Assembly (NCBI RefSeq): GCF_018350175.1
Contig: NC_058368.1
Coordinates: 122,390,001-122,454,000 of the forward strand
Direction of reading: 5' to 3'
DNA from: Felis catus
Taxonomy: Eukaryota
Length of the DNA stretch: 64,000 bases
Part shown: positions 49,694-62,379 of the stretch, piece by piece
Layout of the letters: every line of letters begins with the position of its first letter
Numbering within the stretch: the first letter of the stretch is position 1
Notes under the pieces: model-generated
Database searches by the model: none
The model's input: the letters and a program-made list of their open reading frames with translations, nothing else
Told to the model about the DNA's origin: nothing
Position numbers and translations under genes: made by a program

Positions 49694-50274
49694 CTAGATT
49701 CTGAATCTTGATGTCAAGCCAGTCTAATTTGTTCAGTTATAAATATCCACTTAGGACACCCAATCAGAATGAATGTATAAAATCAAATAAGTAAAGATAG
49801 GGGGCTGCTTTTTAATCAAAAACAAAAACAAAAACAAATGTCCATAATGCATCTACGATTACTGCTGCATCCTGCTCTCACAGAGCGGAATCACTGCATT
49901 TCTCAGTGACATCTGTCTTCGCTTCTGCTGTAACTCCCATGCTGACCCCTTAGATGACATGGTTACGGAATGGTTAGGGGTTCCGTATGTTACACCTTTT
50001 CTCATCTGGAATTAATTATTGCAGTTCATCATCCTGAGCTTTTCTCATCTTCCTCCATCAAAGACAAAAACTGCAATAACATTCATGCCTTTCACTATAA
50101 ATTTCACCATCATCATCACTCATTCTTCAACCTTTTTATATCAACCTAATTTGTTTGACACCTTGAGGGATAATTTTGACATACTTTTACAAAATATTGA
50201 AGTCCCTGCCACTTTGATAACTTCTTCATTTTCTGTCCAGGGTATGCATAAGTTACCAGGAAAAATATTCTAAA

Positions 50275-50485
50275 TTTTTTTTTACATTTATTTATTTTTG
50301 ATAGAGAGAGACAGAGCCCAAGGGGGGGGGAGGGGCAGAGAGAGGAGGAGACACAGAATCTGAAGCAGGCTCCAGGCTCTGAGCTATCGGCACAGAGCCC
50401 GATGTGGGGCTCGAACTCACAAACCGTGAGATCATGACCTGAGCCAAAGTCGGACACTCAACCGACTGAGCCACCCAGGTGCCCC
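50275..50485 (-). mobile_element. CanSINE
   Basis: 22-bp direct repeat ttaccaggaaaaatattctaaa (50253-50274 / 50488-50509). Confidence 0.97.
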
Positions 50486-50970
50486 AATTACCAGGAAAAA
50501 TATTCTAAACAAAGGCTTGGTTAAGCATTAGGAATAATTTGTTTAATTCCCATGTTCCTAATTGGGATCTAGAACTGGCTTGCTTCCTTTTCTTGGTGGG
50601 TTTACACTCGAGACTATGGTCCCAATAATCCTCATGGTTAACAGTTTGTGGGGATTATCTTCTATAAAGGTAGATGAACTTAACTGCAGCTATTCTTAGG
50701 AAATGTATGTTTAATAGTGAGTTTTATAGCTATAAAATTAGCACATCTGAGGTACAGAAATCTTGGAAAATAAAATTAGGAAGAAAAAATTACCTACAAT
50801 GCCTCAGCCCATTGATAACCACTGCTAATATTTTGGGGGACTTTCCCTTGGCAATCTCCATCCTGCATCCTTTCTAGTATCCCTCAATTCCTCTTGGCCA
50901 CTACACTTTCCTTCAGACTTCTTATTTTCATTGACTTATTTGCTTTCTTAATTGTTTTTTCCTCTCACTT

Positions 50971-50974
<4 letters not shown>

Positions 50975-51022
<48 letters not shown>
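50975..51022. repeat. (CA)n microsatellite
   Basis: About 24 CA units. Confidence 0.98.
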
Positions 51023-51026
<4 letters not shown>

Positions 51027-51373
51027 TCATGAGGATAGGGATTTTTGTCTGTTTTGTTCACTTTTATATACTCAGTACCTCCCTGTTGAATGAATGAATA
51101 CATTGTAATAGTCTTGTCTTTCTTACTTCTGATATATTTGGGATGATGTACTATATAGTTCTGTACCTTCATTTTCACTTATATCATGAGTAGTTTATCC
51201 CAGTTTTATAAAATTTGTTGATTTCTTTAAAGTGTAATTTAGTATACATGAAATCCTACAACATGGGCATATTGTAATTTATTTAAATGTACAGTTTTAA
51301 ACATAGTGAAGTACTAACATAGAAAGGAATTCTCTTAGAGTTCAGTAGCTTTTTTTGTGATGCTGAATAATTT

Positions 51374-51580
51374 AAAAAAATTTTTAATGTTCATTTTTGA
51401 GAGAGAAAGAGAGAACATGAGCAGGGGAGGGGCAGAGAGAGGGAGACACAGAATTCAAAGCAGGCTCCAGGCTCTGAGCTGTCAGCACAGAGCCCAACGC
51501 GGGGCTCGAACTCACAGACTGTCAGATCATGACCTGAGCTGAAGCCAGACGCTTAAACTACTGAGCCACCTAGGCCCTCC
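51374..51580 (-). mobile_element. CanSINE
   Basis: TSD atg(c/t)tgaataattt. Confidence 0.95.
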
Positions 51581-51794
51581 ATGTCATGTTGAATAATTTT
51601 TTAATCTTGAAAATTATTTGGGTGGTAGGAATAAAGAAACATATTCCTTATTTTGGAGTATTAAGTCATTATTATATAAAATAATACGGTAACCAGTTTT
51701 GTTCTGTTTAGACACTATTAAGTATGAATATTATGTAATAAATAAATAGTCACTTGAATGAAGTGTGGAGGATTCTGCACCATTTGCTGAAAGC

Positions 51795-52062
51795 TGACTT
51801 TTTAAAACATTTTTTTAGGTTTATTCATCTTTTTTTTTTTTTTTTTTTGAGAGAGAGAGTGCGCATGAGCAAGGGAGAGGCAGAGAGAGAGAGAGGGAGA
51901 GAGAGAATCCCAGGCAGGCTCTGCACCCTACCACAGAGGGGTAGGCCTACCCTGTGGTAGGGTGCAGAGCCAGAAGTAGAGCTCAGTCTCATGACTGTGA
52001 GATCATGACCTGAGCCAAAATCAGGAGTTGGATACCCAACCAACTGAGCCACCCAGGTGCCC
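51795..52062 (-). mobile_element. CanSINE with internal palindromic expansion
   Basis: Standard head and tail; non-consensus palindrome at 51917-51971. Confidence 0.93.
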
Positions 52063-52069
52063 ATTAGCA

Positions 52070-52525
52070 TTTTTTAACTGTGGAAAAATATATGTTACAT
52101 AAAATTTGTCATTCTAAACATTTTTAAGTATAGAATTTGGTGGCATTAAGTACATTCACAGTATGTGCAGCCATCACCGCTATCACAGAATTTTTTAAAT
52201 TATCCCAAACGGAAAGTCTGTACCCATCAAATAGTAATTCCCACCATGCCCCCTCCCTCTCATGCAATATTTGTCATTTTGAACCTGGCTCATTTCACTT
52301 AGCATAAGGTCTTCATCTGTCTTGTCGCATGTGTTAGAACATCATCTGTCACTTTTTGTGGCTGTATTCCATGGTACATGTATACCGCATTTTGCTTATC
52401 CATTTTTCTGTTGATGCGCACTTAGGTTATTTCCACCTCTGGGTTACTGTGGATAATGCTGCAAGAACACTGGTGTATAAGTCCCTAATTTCAGTTCTTT
52501 GGTATATATATCTAGGAGTGGATTG
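52070..52525 (-). mobile_element. L1MB-type 3' fragment
   Basis: tggcattaagtacattcaca, catttcacttagcataagg, ctgtggataatgctgc. Confidence 0.85.
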
Positions 52526-52757
52526 GCTCAGAGATAACTCTTTGAGTTCAACCATTACAGGTATCTACCACATGCGGTCGCATTTACCCTTACATGATGG
52601 TAGAGAATGAGCCTTCTGTTCTCTTCAGAATACTTTTGAGAAGGAGCCCTCACAACTATGAGCCTGTGTCCTTAACCCATACATCACTGCTGGACATGGC
52701 AGAGCTTTTGCTTATCCGTACTGAAGGAGTGGGTGGTTTTAAAGACCAGGATCATTT

Positions 52758-52845
52758 GGGGCACCTGGGTGGCTCAGTCGGTTTAGTGTACAACCCTTGA
52801 TTTCCGCTCAGGTCATGATCTCATGGTTCATGAGTTCGAGCCCAG
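52758..52845 (+). mobile_element. CanSINE head only (3'-truncated)
   Basis: ggggcacctgggtggctcagtcgg...gagttcgagccc, then unrelated sequence with no CT tract or tail. Confidence 0.88.
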
Positions 52846-53134
52846 TGCACCAGGGAGCCCCCAGGGCATTACAGAACTCTCTCTTCAAGGATCTCAACAA
52901 CTGTTCTCTGGCTCTGCTCAACGAACTTCTCAAATTTACTTCTTGAATAGTCAGAGCACACTTCCATCTATTCATCATGTTCTTGGAATATGTAATTGGA
53001 GTTAGAATTAGCCAGTCTTTATCCGGTCTTAACATGTCATCACATTTTCTCTTCCTGTGTTTTGAGATGCACATGGAAAACACGTGCTGCTGTCTAGTGT
53101 TAATGAGCTTCAATTTTGGAGTCAGAAGCTCCAA

Positions 53135-53548
53135 ATTAGTTTCCCATTACTAGTTTCCAGGACTACTGTAACAAGTGCTACAAACAGAAGACGTTCCCAC
53201 AGTTCTAGATGCTAGAAGTCTTAAGTCAAGGTACTGGCAGGGCCACGGCCCACTGAATTGTCCAGGGGAGCATACTTCCTGCCTAGTTCATGTCTCCAGT
53301 AGCATCACTCCAATCTCTACCTCATGTGATCTCTCTGTCTCTGTGCAAACTTCTCTCTTCTTACGAGGACACCAGTCATATTGGATTAAGGGCCCACTGA
53401 ATCCTTACTGAATTCCATATAACCTCATCTTAACTTAATCAATTATATTTACAACAACAGCATTCTCAAATAAGGTCACGTTCTGAGGTACTAAGGTAAT
53501 AACTTCAATCTATCATTTTGGGATTCCTCAATTTCTAACCAATAACCG
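53135..53548 (-). mobile_element. MLT1B/C-type MaLR LTR (inside a MIR)
   Basis: ggacaccagtcatattggattaagggccc, ctcatcttaact, caaataaggtcacgttctgaggtact. Confidence 0.82.
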
Positions 53549-56419
53549 TGATTTGTCACTAGGTCTATGAGCCTGAGCAAGTTACCTACTCTCCTGAAGT
53601 CTCAGTGCTTTATTTGAGTTTTGGGGCTCATAAGGATTATATGAAAGAAGGCAGGTAAAATGTCTATATTGCTTCATATACTAAGCATTGGAAAGTGCTA
53701 GCAGATTATCATTAGATTTGTGACGGGGGTTTCTAGGTAGCATTTTATCTTAGGATTCTGGTTTACAATATGATAAACTCTTTAATTTTAAAGAGACCTG
53801 TTAACATGGGATCCACAAATAGCATTCTGAGGAACCCTGTAATTTATACCAAGATTAGTTTGTATATTTGCATTATTTTCTTTCCTGGGAAAGGGCCCAT
53901 GTATTCACCAAAGGAGCCCATGCCATCCCCTCACATCTAAGAATGTGGTTACTTTCATATTCAGCAACTCATAATGCTCTTGGGGTAGAAGGTTCATAGG
54001 GAACTTTGAGTACAGGAAACCTAGAGCAAAATCAGAGAGACAGGCAACTGCCAGGTGGGTTAGAGAGACCAGTGCTTGAGTGCTTTCCCAGTGTGGTACT
54101 TGTCTTAGCTTATCACAGATTGAGGGCAAAGTATCACCACCATGATGTGCAGAGCAGAGAAGTGAAACTCAGCAAGGTTAGAAAACCTGCCCATGTTCGC
54201 GTATCTAGGAAGAGGCACAGCTGAATCCTCACCCTGCTCTGTCTGCCTCCAAAGCCCAAGGACCATGTTTGGCATTTTCACAGTACTTGCTCATCCTCTT
54301 GTAAGTTGACTCTCAAAGTAATTTTGAGATGTGCGTGAGAAAGCAATCATCATCCCCTTATTTGGATAAGAATACGAGTCTAAAAATGGTTTAAAAAAAA
54401 ACACTAGCCAAAGTCACCAAGCCAGTAAGTGGTAAGGAGAGATGGCTGTCTCTGGCTGCTAATGTTAAGTTCTTTTTTTTGGAAGGGGGGTGGGGGAAGG
54501 GAGGAGTGCTCTTGTTTATTGAGTGCCTACTATAGTCTTGATATATTCCCAGTATACATTCTCTCATTTAATCCCCATGATAGCCCTGTGTGGTAGTTGT
54601 CATTAAATCTACCTTATGGATGAGAAACAAACACAAGCAAGGCTTCCAGGGTAAGATGATGAGTCAAGCACATTCCTTCCATCCCCCAAGAACCGGAAGT
54701 GCTGTGTGCCTCTGGAAGGACAGGTGAAGCAGGAAGACTAAAATAAGGAAGATGTTTGGATAGCTGTATAAAAATCAATCCTGTCCCTTCTACCACTTTG
54801 TCAAAAGAAAAAGAAAAAGAAAAATACTAGTTCTCTCCATGCCACACTGTGGTTTATCCTCTGGGAAAGAGGGTCTCCTAACTGGGGAGACCCAGAATAC
54901 CCAGGGCAGGGGTGCCTTGTGGAAAATGGAGGGAATAGGCAGGTACATGACCACATGCTGCATGCTCAGGCCCTCAGCATTGGCTCTGATAACACTGGCA
55001 GCTGGGGGCTCACCTTCCAGACAAGAGGATAATAGAGGATTTTTGTCCCTCCCCCGCCCCGCCCGGAGATTTTGGCCAACCTAAGAAAGAAGATCTACAG
55101 TTATCAACCTAGGGTTTTTTTAACTCAGCATCCTAGCCAGAGCTCTCTAGAGTGAAGCTTACTGTTGACAAGACCTACTCACATGCTCAGCATTTCCAAA
55201 CAGGAGTTTAGGTCTCCACACTTAAATACGAGCAGATAACCAAGGGTTTTCAAACACATGGGAAAGACTTCTAATAGGAGAGATAAAAACCCAACTTAAG
55301 GAAAAGTGTCAGAGAGATGTTAAAATATAACAACTATTTTTTTAATAGAAAAAAATAGAATACCAAAGAAGCAACATTCAGAGAGCAAAAACTAGCTTTA
55401 GGGGAAAAAAAATTTACAGCATGAGTGGAGAGATTCAAAGGAGGTTTAGAAGATAAATTTAAGGAAATTTTCCAGAATGAGTCAACAGACAGAGCTAGAA
55501 AAAAGCAGGGTAAACAAAAGAAAATTGAAAGGCCAGTCTAGGAGTTCTAGTTTCTAAATAATAGAAGGTTCAAAAAGAGGGATAGAAGGGAGGATACCAT
55601 CTTACTTAATTTAAAGAAAAAAAGAAAAGCCCCAAATTTAAGGACACATGTGTCAAGAATGAATGAGCCAATTCAATACCCAGCACAATGAATAAAAAAA
55701 AGCTGTATCATCATGAACTTTCAAAACATTCAACACGAATATACAATCCTGTAAGTTTCCAGAAAGAAAACTGTTGCATCAAAGGATCAGGCATCAAAAT
55801 AACTTTAGACTTTTCAGCAGTGACACATAAAGCTAGAAATTAAGGAGAGCAATGCCTTCAAAATTCGAAAGGAGGATAATTTCCAACCTAGAATTCAGTG
55901 CTCAGTCAAACTCTCAATTGAGTATAAGCAGAATAAAAATAGTTTTCATGTATTCTAGTCTTCAAAAATTAACCTCCCTGCAATCTTTCTTACAAAGCTA
56001 TTGGGGGATGTATTCCACAAACACAAAGAAGTAAAACAAGGAAGACAGTGCAGGAAAGAAGCAGGGAATCCATCACTAAAAAGGAGTGAATCCAATCCCT
56101 CCCTGGGTGATGGTCAAGGGGAATCCAGGGTGAAAAGTATAAAGCAAAAAAGATCCAGAAGCAATTGGGCCAGAGGGCTCTGGGAGGCACATTTTCAGGA
56201 AGGGGAATTTAAGACAATTAGAGAAGAGTTCGAAATTGAATTAGGAAAAAGGATACAGGAAATTGAGCACATGTATACACAAGACTGTTATTAACTGCAG
56301 CGAACATAAAAATTGTACAAGAAAGGAAAACTAATCATAGTTTATGATGCAAGGACCTATACCATTGCCAGACTCATAATAATGGAATACCGAATGCTGA
56401 TTTAATTGAAATTATTCTA

Positions 56420-56635
56420 GGGGCGCCTGGGTGGCGCAGTCGGTTAAGCGTCCGACTTCAGCCAGGTCACGATCTCGCGCTCCGTGAGTTCGAGCCCCGC
56501 GTCAGGCTCTGGGCTGATGGCTCAGAGCCTGGAGCCTGTTTCCGATTCTGTGTCTCCCTCTCTCTCTGCCCCTCCCCCGTTCATGCTCTGTCTCTCTCTG
56601 TCCCAAAAATAAATAAACGTTGAAAAAAAAAAAAG
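56420..56635 (+). mobile_element. Young felid CanSINE
   Basis: Perfect TSD gaaattattcta (56408-56419 / 56636-56647); near consensus. Confidence 0.97.
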
Positions 56636-56895
56636 GAAATTATTCTATCAAATACAGCTACATTGGAAAGATGGGCTCATGTTGGGATGAGACCCTAAGA
56701 GTAGAAAAGTGAGCTAAATCTTGGAGATTTAATAAGTAATGGCTAAAACTGAAAAGACAAAAAAATCATACTATTTAGAATATATGGTAGGAACTAGCAA
56801 ATTTATTAGCTACAAGAGGTGTGAGTGTTAGCTTCTTGGCCAGGAGAAATTAGAGAGTGAGACAAGGGTGTCATAGGACTAAAATCAGTGTTTTA

Positions 56896-57055
56896 GGGTC
56901 ACCTGAGTGGCTCAGCGAGTCAGGCATCTCTTGATTTTTGGCCCAGGTCATGATTGCAGGGTGGTGGGATGGAACCCTGTGCTGGGCTCTGCACTGAGCA
57001 TGACTGTGCTTGGGATTCTCTCTCTCCCTCTCTCTCTGCCCCTTTCCCTGCTCAT

Positions 57056-57107
<52 letters not shown>

Positions 57108-57130
57108 AAAAATAAACGGTAAAAAAATAG
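56896..57130 (+). mobile_element. Older CanSINE with long (CT)n
   Basis: Head ggggtcacctgagtggctcag; CT expansion. Confidence 0.92.
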
Positions 57131-57376
57131 AATATAACCCATGTTTTATAATAAACCTTTAGACTGTGGGACTGTTCAAACTGTGTAGAAAAAAAATATA
57201 GAGATACCTAACTTTGATAAAAGTAAACATTCTCAAAAGATAGAAAAATGAATCAAAATATCAATCAAGGTTATCTTTAAATTGTTTTTCTTCTTTCCAC
57301 TTACTTCTGTCTACTTAATCCTATATTTTTTGATACCAAAAGCATATTCACTTTCTATAAAACATAATCTTCTTCA

Positions 57377-57595
57377 GGGTACCTGGGTGGCTCTGTCGGT
57401 TGAGGGTCCAACTTCGGCTCAGGTCATGATCTCACAGTTCGTGGGTTTGAGCCCCGCATCAGGCCCTGTGCTGACAGCTCGAAGCCTAGAGCCTGCTTTG
57501 GATTCTGTGTCTCCCTCTCTCTCTCTGCCCCTACCCCGCTCACACTCTCTTTCTCTCTCTCTCAAAAATTAAAAAATGTAAAAAAAATGTTTTTA
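57377..57595 (+). mobile_element. CanSINE
   Basis: Full-length, flanked by ataatctt. Confidence 0.95.
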
Positions 57596-57604
57596 AATAA
57601 TCTT

Positions 57605-57812
57605 GGGGCACCTGGGTGGCTCAGTCGGTTAAGCGTCCAACTTTGGTTCAGGTCAGGATCTCATCATGGATCATGAGTTTGAGGGCTCTGTGCTGGTGGT
57701 GCAGGTCCTGCTTGGGATTCTCTCTTCCTCTCTCTCTTTGCCCCTTCCCACTTGCACTCACTCTCTCTCTCAAAAGAAATAAATAAACTTTTAAAAAAAT
57801 TTAAAAAATACA
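57605..57812 (+). mobile_element. CanSINE (tandem to the previous one)
   Basis: TSD aaataatct. Confidence 0.94.
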
Positions 57813-57923
57813 AAATAATCTGTGAACAAAAAATTGAAGTTCAGAAATGTCAGGTAAATGTCCTAATTCCATTCATCCTGTGAGTGGTAGAGCTAGATTC
57901 CAGTGCAGTTCTGACTCCAATCA

Positions 57924-58104
57924 TTTTTTTTTTAACTGTTTACTTCTTTATTTTGAGAAACACAGAGCATGAGCAAGGGCAGGGGTAGAGGGAGAGGCAG
58001 AGAGAGAATCCCAGGCAGGGGCTTGATCCCACAAATCATGAGATCATGACCTAAGCCGAAATCAAGAGTCAGACACCTAACCAACTGAGTTACCCAGGGG
58101 CCCC
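57924..58104 (-). mobile_element. CanSINE with internal deletion
   Basis: TSD atcattttttt. Confidence 0.92.
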
Positions 58105-58326
58105 ATCACATCATTTTTTTTAAATCTTTGATTAAAGTATCCATTAAAAACCAAGCAGCAAAACTGCCACAATATTCTCTCCCTCTCTCAAGGTCCACAG
58201 AGTCTCTTTCTATACCAAACATCAACAGTGGATTGCTTTCATTTGTCTGCCTATTTGCCTATATATTTATTTATACCCATCTAATTCCAGGAAGATCAAA
58301 GACTGAGTTCCAAAGGTACCATAGAA

Positions 58327-58537
58327 GGGGGCGCCTGGGTGGCTCAGTCGGTTGGGTATCTGACTTCAGCTCAGGTCACGATCGTGCAGTTTGTGGGATC
58401 AAGCCCCACGTCAGGCTCTGTGCTGACAGCTCAAAGCCTGGAGCCTGCTTCTGATTCTGTCTCCCTCTCTCTCTGCCTCTATCCCACTCATGCTCTGTCT
58501 CTTTCTAGAAATAAATAAACATTAAAAAATTTTTTTC
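58327..58537 (+). mobile_element. CanSINE
   Basis: TSD caaag(g/a)tac(c/t)atag. Confidence 0.95.
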
Positions 58538-58849
58538 AAAGATACTATAGTAAGATAAATTACAAATGAGGCAAGAGGCGTTTGATTACACAGGTTTTGT
58601 GTTTTCATGAATGCTGCTGAGCGAGCCATACTCTGTTTCCTGAGACTGTGACTTACTCTCAAGCTCCTTTTGTTTTTCTGAGGGCTTAGCGGAGCCCTGG
58701 GCACCCAGATGCTCAATTGAGATTTGTCAGTTTGACCTGCTAACAAAACTATAGCTTCTGGAGAATTAACTTCTTTCCCACTTTGCTGGGACTGTCTTAA
58801 AAGGGTAGGCATGAGCCTTTGACTACCTCCATTTGCTAATGAGATACTT

Positions 58850-59600
58850 TATGTAACAATTTAAGCACACTTGCAAAGCAAAAAGACTAATGATTTATTA
58901 AAAATTGGCAAAAATCTATGAATAGATAGTCCTCTGAAAAAATACAAAGATACAGGGCTTTCCTGATCATTAAAGAAACATAAAGTCGATCAATAATTCA
59001 GCTTCCTTTCACTCATCAGGTCAAAGACTGTGGGTGTGATAGCACTGGGAGGCAGTGGACAGAATGGCATTCTTACATATTATGGTGCAACAGCTTTGAA
59101 GGGCCAGTTTACAGTGTCTATTAAATTGGAAAATTCACATACTCTTTGTTACACCGTTTATGCTTTCATGAAGCAAGCTTACAAACCTTCGCTCAAAAGC
59201 TGACCAAGGATGTTTGCGGTAGTATTGTAGGTAACAGCTGAGAATTAAACCATCTTTGAATTGCCATCAAAAGGCTAAATATTTTATGGGACATTCTACA
59301 CAATGTCATACAAAAGAGCTGTTTAAAATAATTAGATATAGATCTCTGTGTGATGGATGAATGAACAGAAAGAATATAATTATACAGAAAGAGCTTATAA
59401 TCTATGCTCCTATAGGAATGATAGTATGTTGCTATAGCTGTCAAAAGAGAACACATATATGAAGAAAAACTCTCTTAAAGGATACATTGAATTCGTTAAA
59501 AGAGGCTGCCTTCTGGGAATGCAACTAAAAATTCAGAATAGGAAGAAGTCTCAATTTTCTTTGAAAAATTGTACTTTATCATTTGTAATTTTTAGTTTTC
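58850..59600 (+). mobile_element. Ancient L1 (L1ME-like) 3' relic
   Basis: aaaaattggcaaaaatctatgaataga, tggtgcaacagctttgaagggcc, aaatattttatgggacatt. Confidence 0.55.
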
Positions 59601-60592
59601 AGGGAGCTGGACATTAAATTTCTGGTTTATAGCAGCTCATCTCCAAAACCACCTGTGAGTCAAGTGTAATTAGGACCATTTTACAGATGGGAACCCATAG
59701 CTGGTGTCCTTGTTCCCTCATCAATAGAAAGATCTACATAAACACCAACAAGTGCAGTTCTCAATAGTTGCACATATGTTCATGATTTGGTGTTTACTTA
59801 GGCTGTAAACACTTTTTTAATGGCAAAAGTAAAAAAGTTTCCAAATAGTTTTACCTAAATTAAAAAAAAAAAAAGGAGGGGTTTCTGCTTTACTTTCTAC
59901 TCTCCCAAATTCCCAGTGTCAGGCCTGTATAACAAACTCCAAAAAGAGCTTCCCCTTTGCTTTGCTTCAACACTGTTTACCGCACAGAATGTTGAGGCTG
60001 GGGAATGGTAAGAGAAGTAGAACAAAGAAAAGAAAAAGTGTCAGGCACCGGACTCCGCAGTGAGCAGAGTTTCCCCTTATGTTTAGGGGAAGATTTGGGG
60101 CAAGCTGACTTGACCCACGTGATTCTAAAAGCAGAGACAAAGAAATCTCACCTTGCTCCCCCGACTCTGCCTCTGGATGGGTCGAGCCACAGTAACAGCA
60201 ACAACACAAGATAACTATAGAAATAGTGGCCGAGAGCCCAGGTCCAGGATCAGAAAGGCATCTACGTAGTGTATGTGACAGCCACTGGGCAGACTCAGGT
60301 GGTCTATTTTGCCCACTCTTGCACTCAACCATCGGGTGTGGCTTTGTGACAACAGTCAACCAGCTGTCCCCTCAACTGGTCTTACTTTCTACGTGACTTT
60401 AGTAAGTGTGAGTCTGCCAATGAATGGAGTGTGATTTTAGTGTTTAAATGTTTTCCATACAAGAGCCCCTGAAGGCAATTCATCAACTTCATTCAGTGCT
60501 CACACAAGAGAAACAAAACTGTGTTGGACTTTTTGAAAGACTCCCTTGGTTTTTAAAGTGATACCTTTCTAGAGGATTTTCATGTGTAGTTT

Positions 60593-60797
60593 TTTTTTTT
60601 AAGTTTATTTATATTTTGAGAAAGAGAAAGAGTGGGAGCAGGGGAGGGGCAGAGAAGGAGAGAGAGAGAATCCCAAGCAGGCTCCACACTGTCAGCACAG
60701 AGCCCAATGTGGATCTCAAACTCACAAACTCATGAGATCATGACCCAAGCTGAAATGAAGAGTCCGACACTCAACCAACTGAGCCACACAGGTGCTC
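60593..60797 (-). mobile_element. CanSINE
   Basis: TSD tgtgtagtttt. Confidence 0.95.
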
Positions 60798-61739
60798 TGT
60801 GTGTAGTTTTGGCTAAACAAGGTTCCATCCTACTTTCTGTCTTGAGAATCTAATCCCAGGATCATTAGTCACTACACTAGTTACAACAATTGCAAAGTAT
60901 TTAATCTCTCTGAGCCGAAGCATCTCTAGCTCTGTAGGCTGAAAGGTCGCTGTGAGGCTAAAATGAGACATAAAAATGACATGCATACCAAGCCATACAT
61001 AAACAGATCCCTCATGCATAGAGAATTTCTGTATCTGGTTGATTTGTGGAGTATGTGCACCTACCCCAGAGAAAAACTCGAGAATGAGCCTTTTTTACGC
61101 TACTTGGTATTTTTAAAACTATTTGAAGTGATATCATAACATGAGGGCCCATTCAACTCCATCGGTTAATGTGACACCCCTCCAGACAACATCAAGGATA
61201 CTGCACTGGCATGATGTTTGCTAAGACCAGGGTGAGCATTCATGTGTGAACACACAACTCGGAAGCAGATAAGAAAGGTATTGAAGGTTCCAGCTCTTCT
61301 GCCTGTCTGTTCTTCCACAGGCCACATCCCATTGGCCAGGTCTGTGAGTGAAGTGAGAACCAGGCTCTGCCTCTCTCCACACCCAACGGCTGCCTTCAAG
61401 GCCCCACAGAGACCCAGGGTCTAACAGTACCCCTAGAGCACCTCTCTGTCTTCTTGGCACGAGATCTCCTTCATGAATCAGGAACAAAGTTGTAGAACGT
61501 GATACAAGGACAACACACAACAACGTGACAGCAAAGGTTAACTGTGGAAACTGAGGAAACACTGCTGGAATACCACACAACTGACTACAAAAACCCAAAA
61601 TATGTAGAAATGACACTGACAGTTGCCAGTGTTTTCATGCTGACTCATAATATCCATGTGCTATGACAGCAACGTAAGGTAGCGTTGGTTGGGAGTCTGA
61701 ATTATGCTCGCCCCTAAGAAGTAGTAGTAGAAATACTAG

Positions 61740-61958
61740 TTAAAGTGATTAATTCAAGTTGATAGTCTAAGTACTTTGTGTATGGGAACTCATTTCATCT
61801 TCCTCTAAACCCGATGAGACGCACATTATTTCCATACCCATTTCACAGATGAAGAAACAGAACACAGAAGTAAACTGCCAAGATTATACAACTATGAAAC
61901 GTAGGAGGTAGGATTTGAACGCAGGCAGTCCGTTTCCAGAGACCATATTCTTCATCTC
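61740..61958 (-). mobile_element. MIR
   Basis: cccatttcacagatgaagaaacaga...ggatttgaacgcaggcagtc. Confidence 0.78.
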
Positions 61959-62145
61959 AGGGGCTGGCACACTTTTCTGTAAAGGGCCATCTAGTAAATG
62001 TTACAGATTTTTATGTGGTTGCATATTCTTTATTGTTTTTTTTATCATCCTTTAAAAATATAAAACCAATCTTAGCTCGTAGGCAATACAAAAAGAGGCT
62101 GTAGGCCTATTTTGTCCTGTGGTCATAAATAATCTGCTGGTTGAT
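61959..62145. mobile_element. MER58-like MITE
   Basis: ggggctggcacacttttctgtaaagggcca...tagtaaat...cttagctcgtaggc. Confidence 0.72.
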
Positions 62146-62379
62146 ACTATACACGGTGATCAAAGGTTTAAGCATACAGTGGATGTGGTACTTGATACCC
62201 AGTCCCTGTGGCACATCCTATATGCCTGTAATACAAATGGGTTTCTGTTGACAAAATAATCCATAATTTTGACTTCATCTCTTTCTCATTTTGCCTGAAT
62301 TTATGAGGTCTCACTGCCTTTTCAATCAGCTTCCCTCCTATTGCTGGACATTCAAGAAGGGGCAGTAAGTGAGTTAGAG

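Larger units (their letters stand above)
55000..57240 (+). mobile_element. HAL1/L1 ORF1-like relic, interrupted by SINEs
   Basis: atcaaaggatcaggcatcaaaataactttagacttttcagca...gctagaa...gagcaatgccttcaaaatt...ttccaacctagaatt resembles the ORF1 C-terminal region of HAL1. Confidence 0.65.

Noticed and set aside
4343..60853. Many ORFs of the type MAQSVK...SAQVMIS... or ...EREGDTESEAG...
   Set aside because: These are translations of CanSINE copies, not genes.
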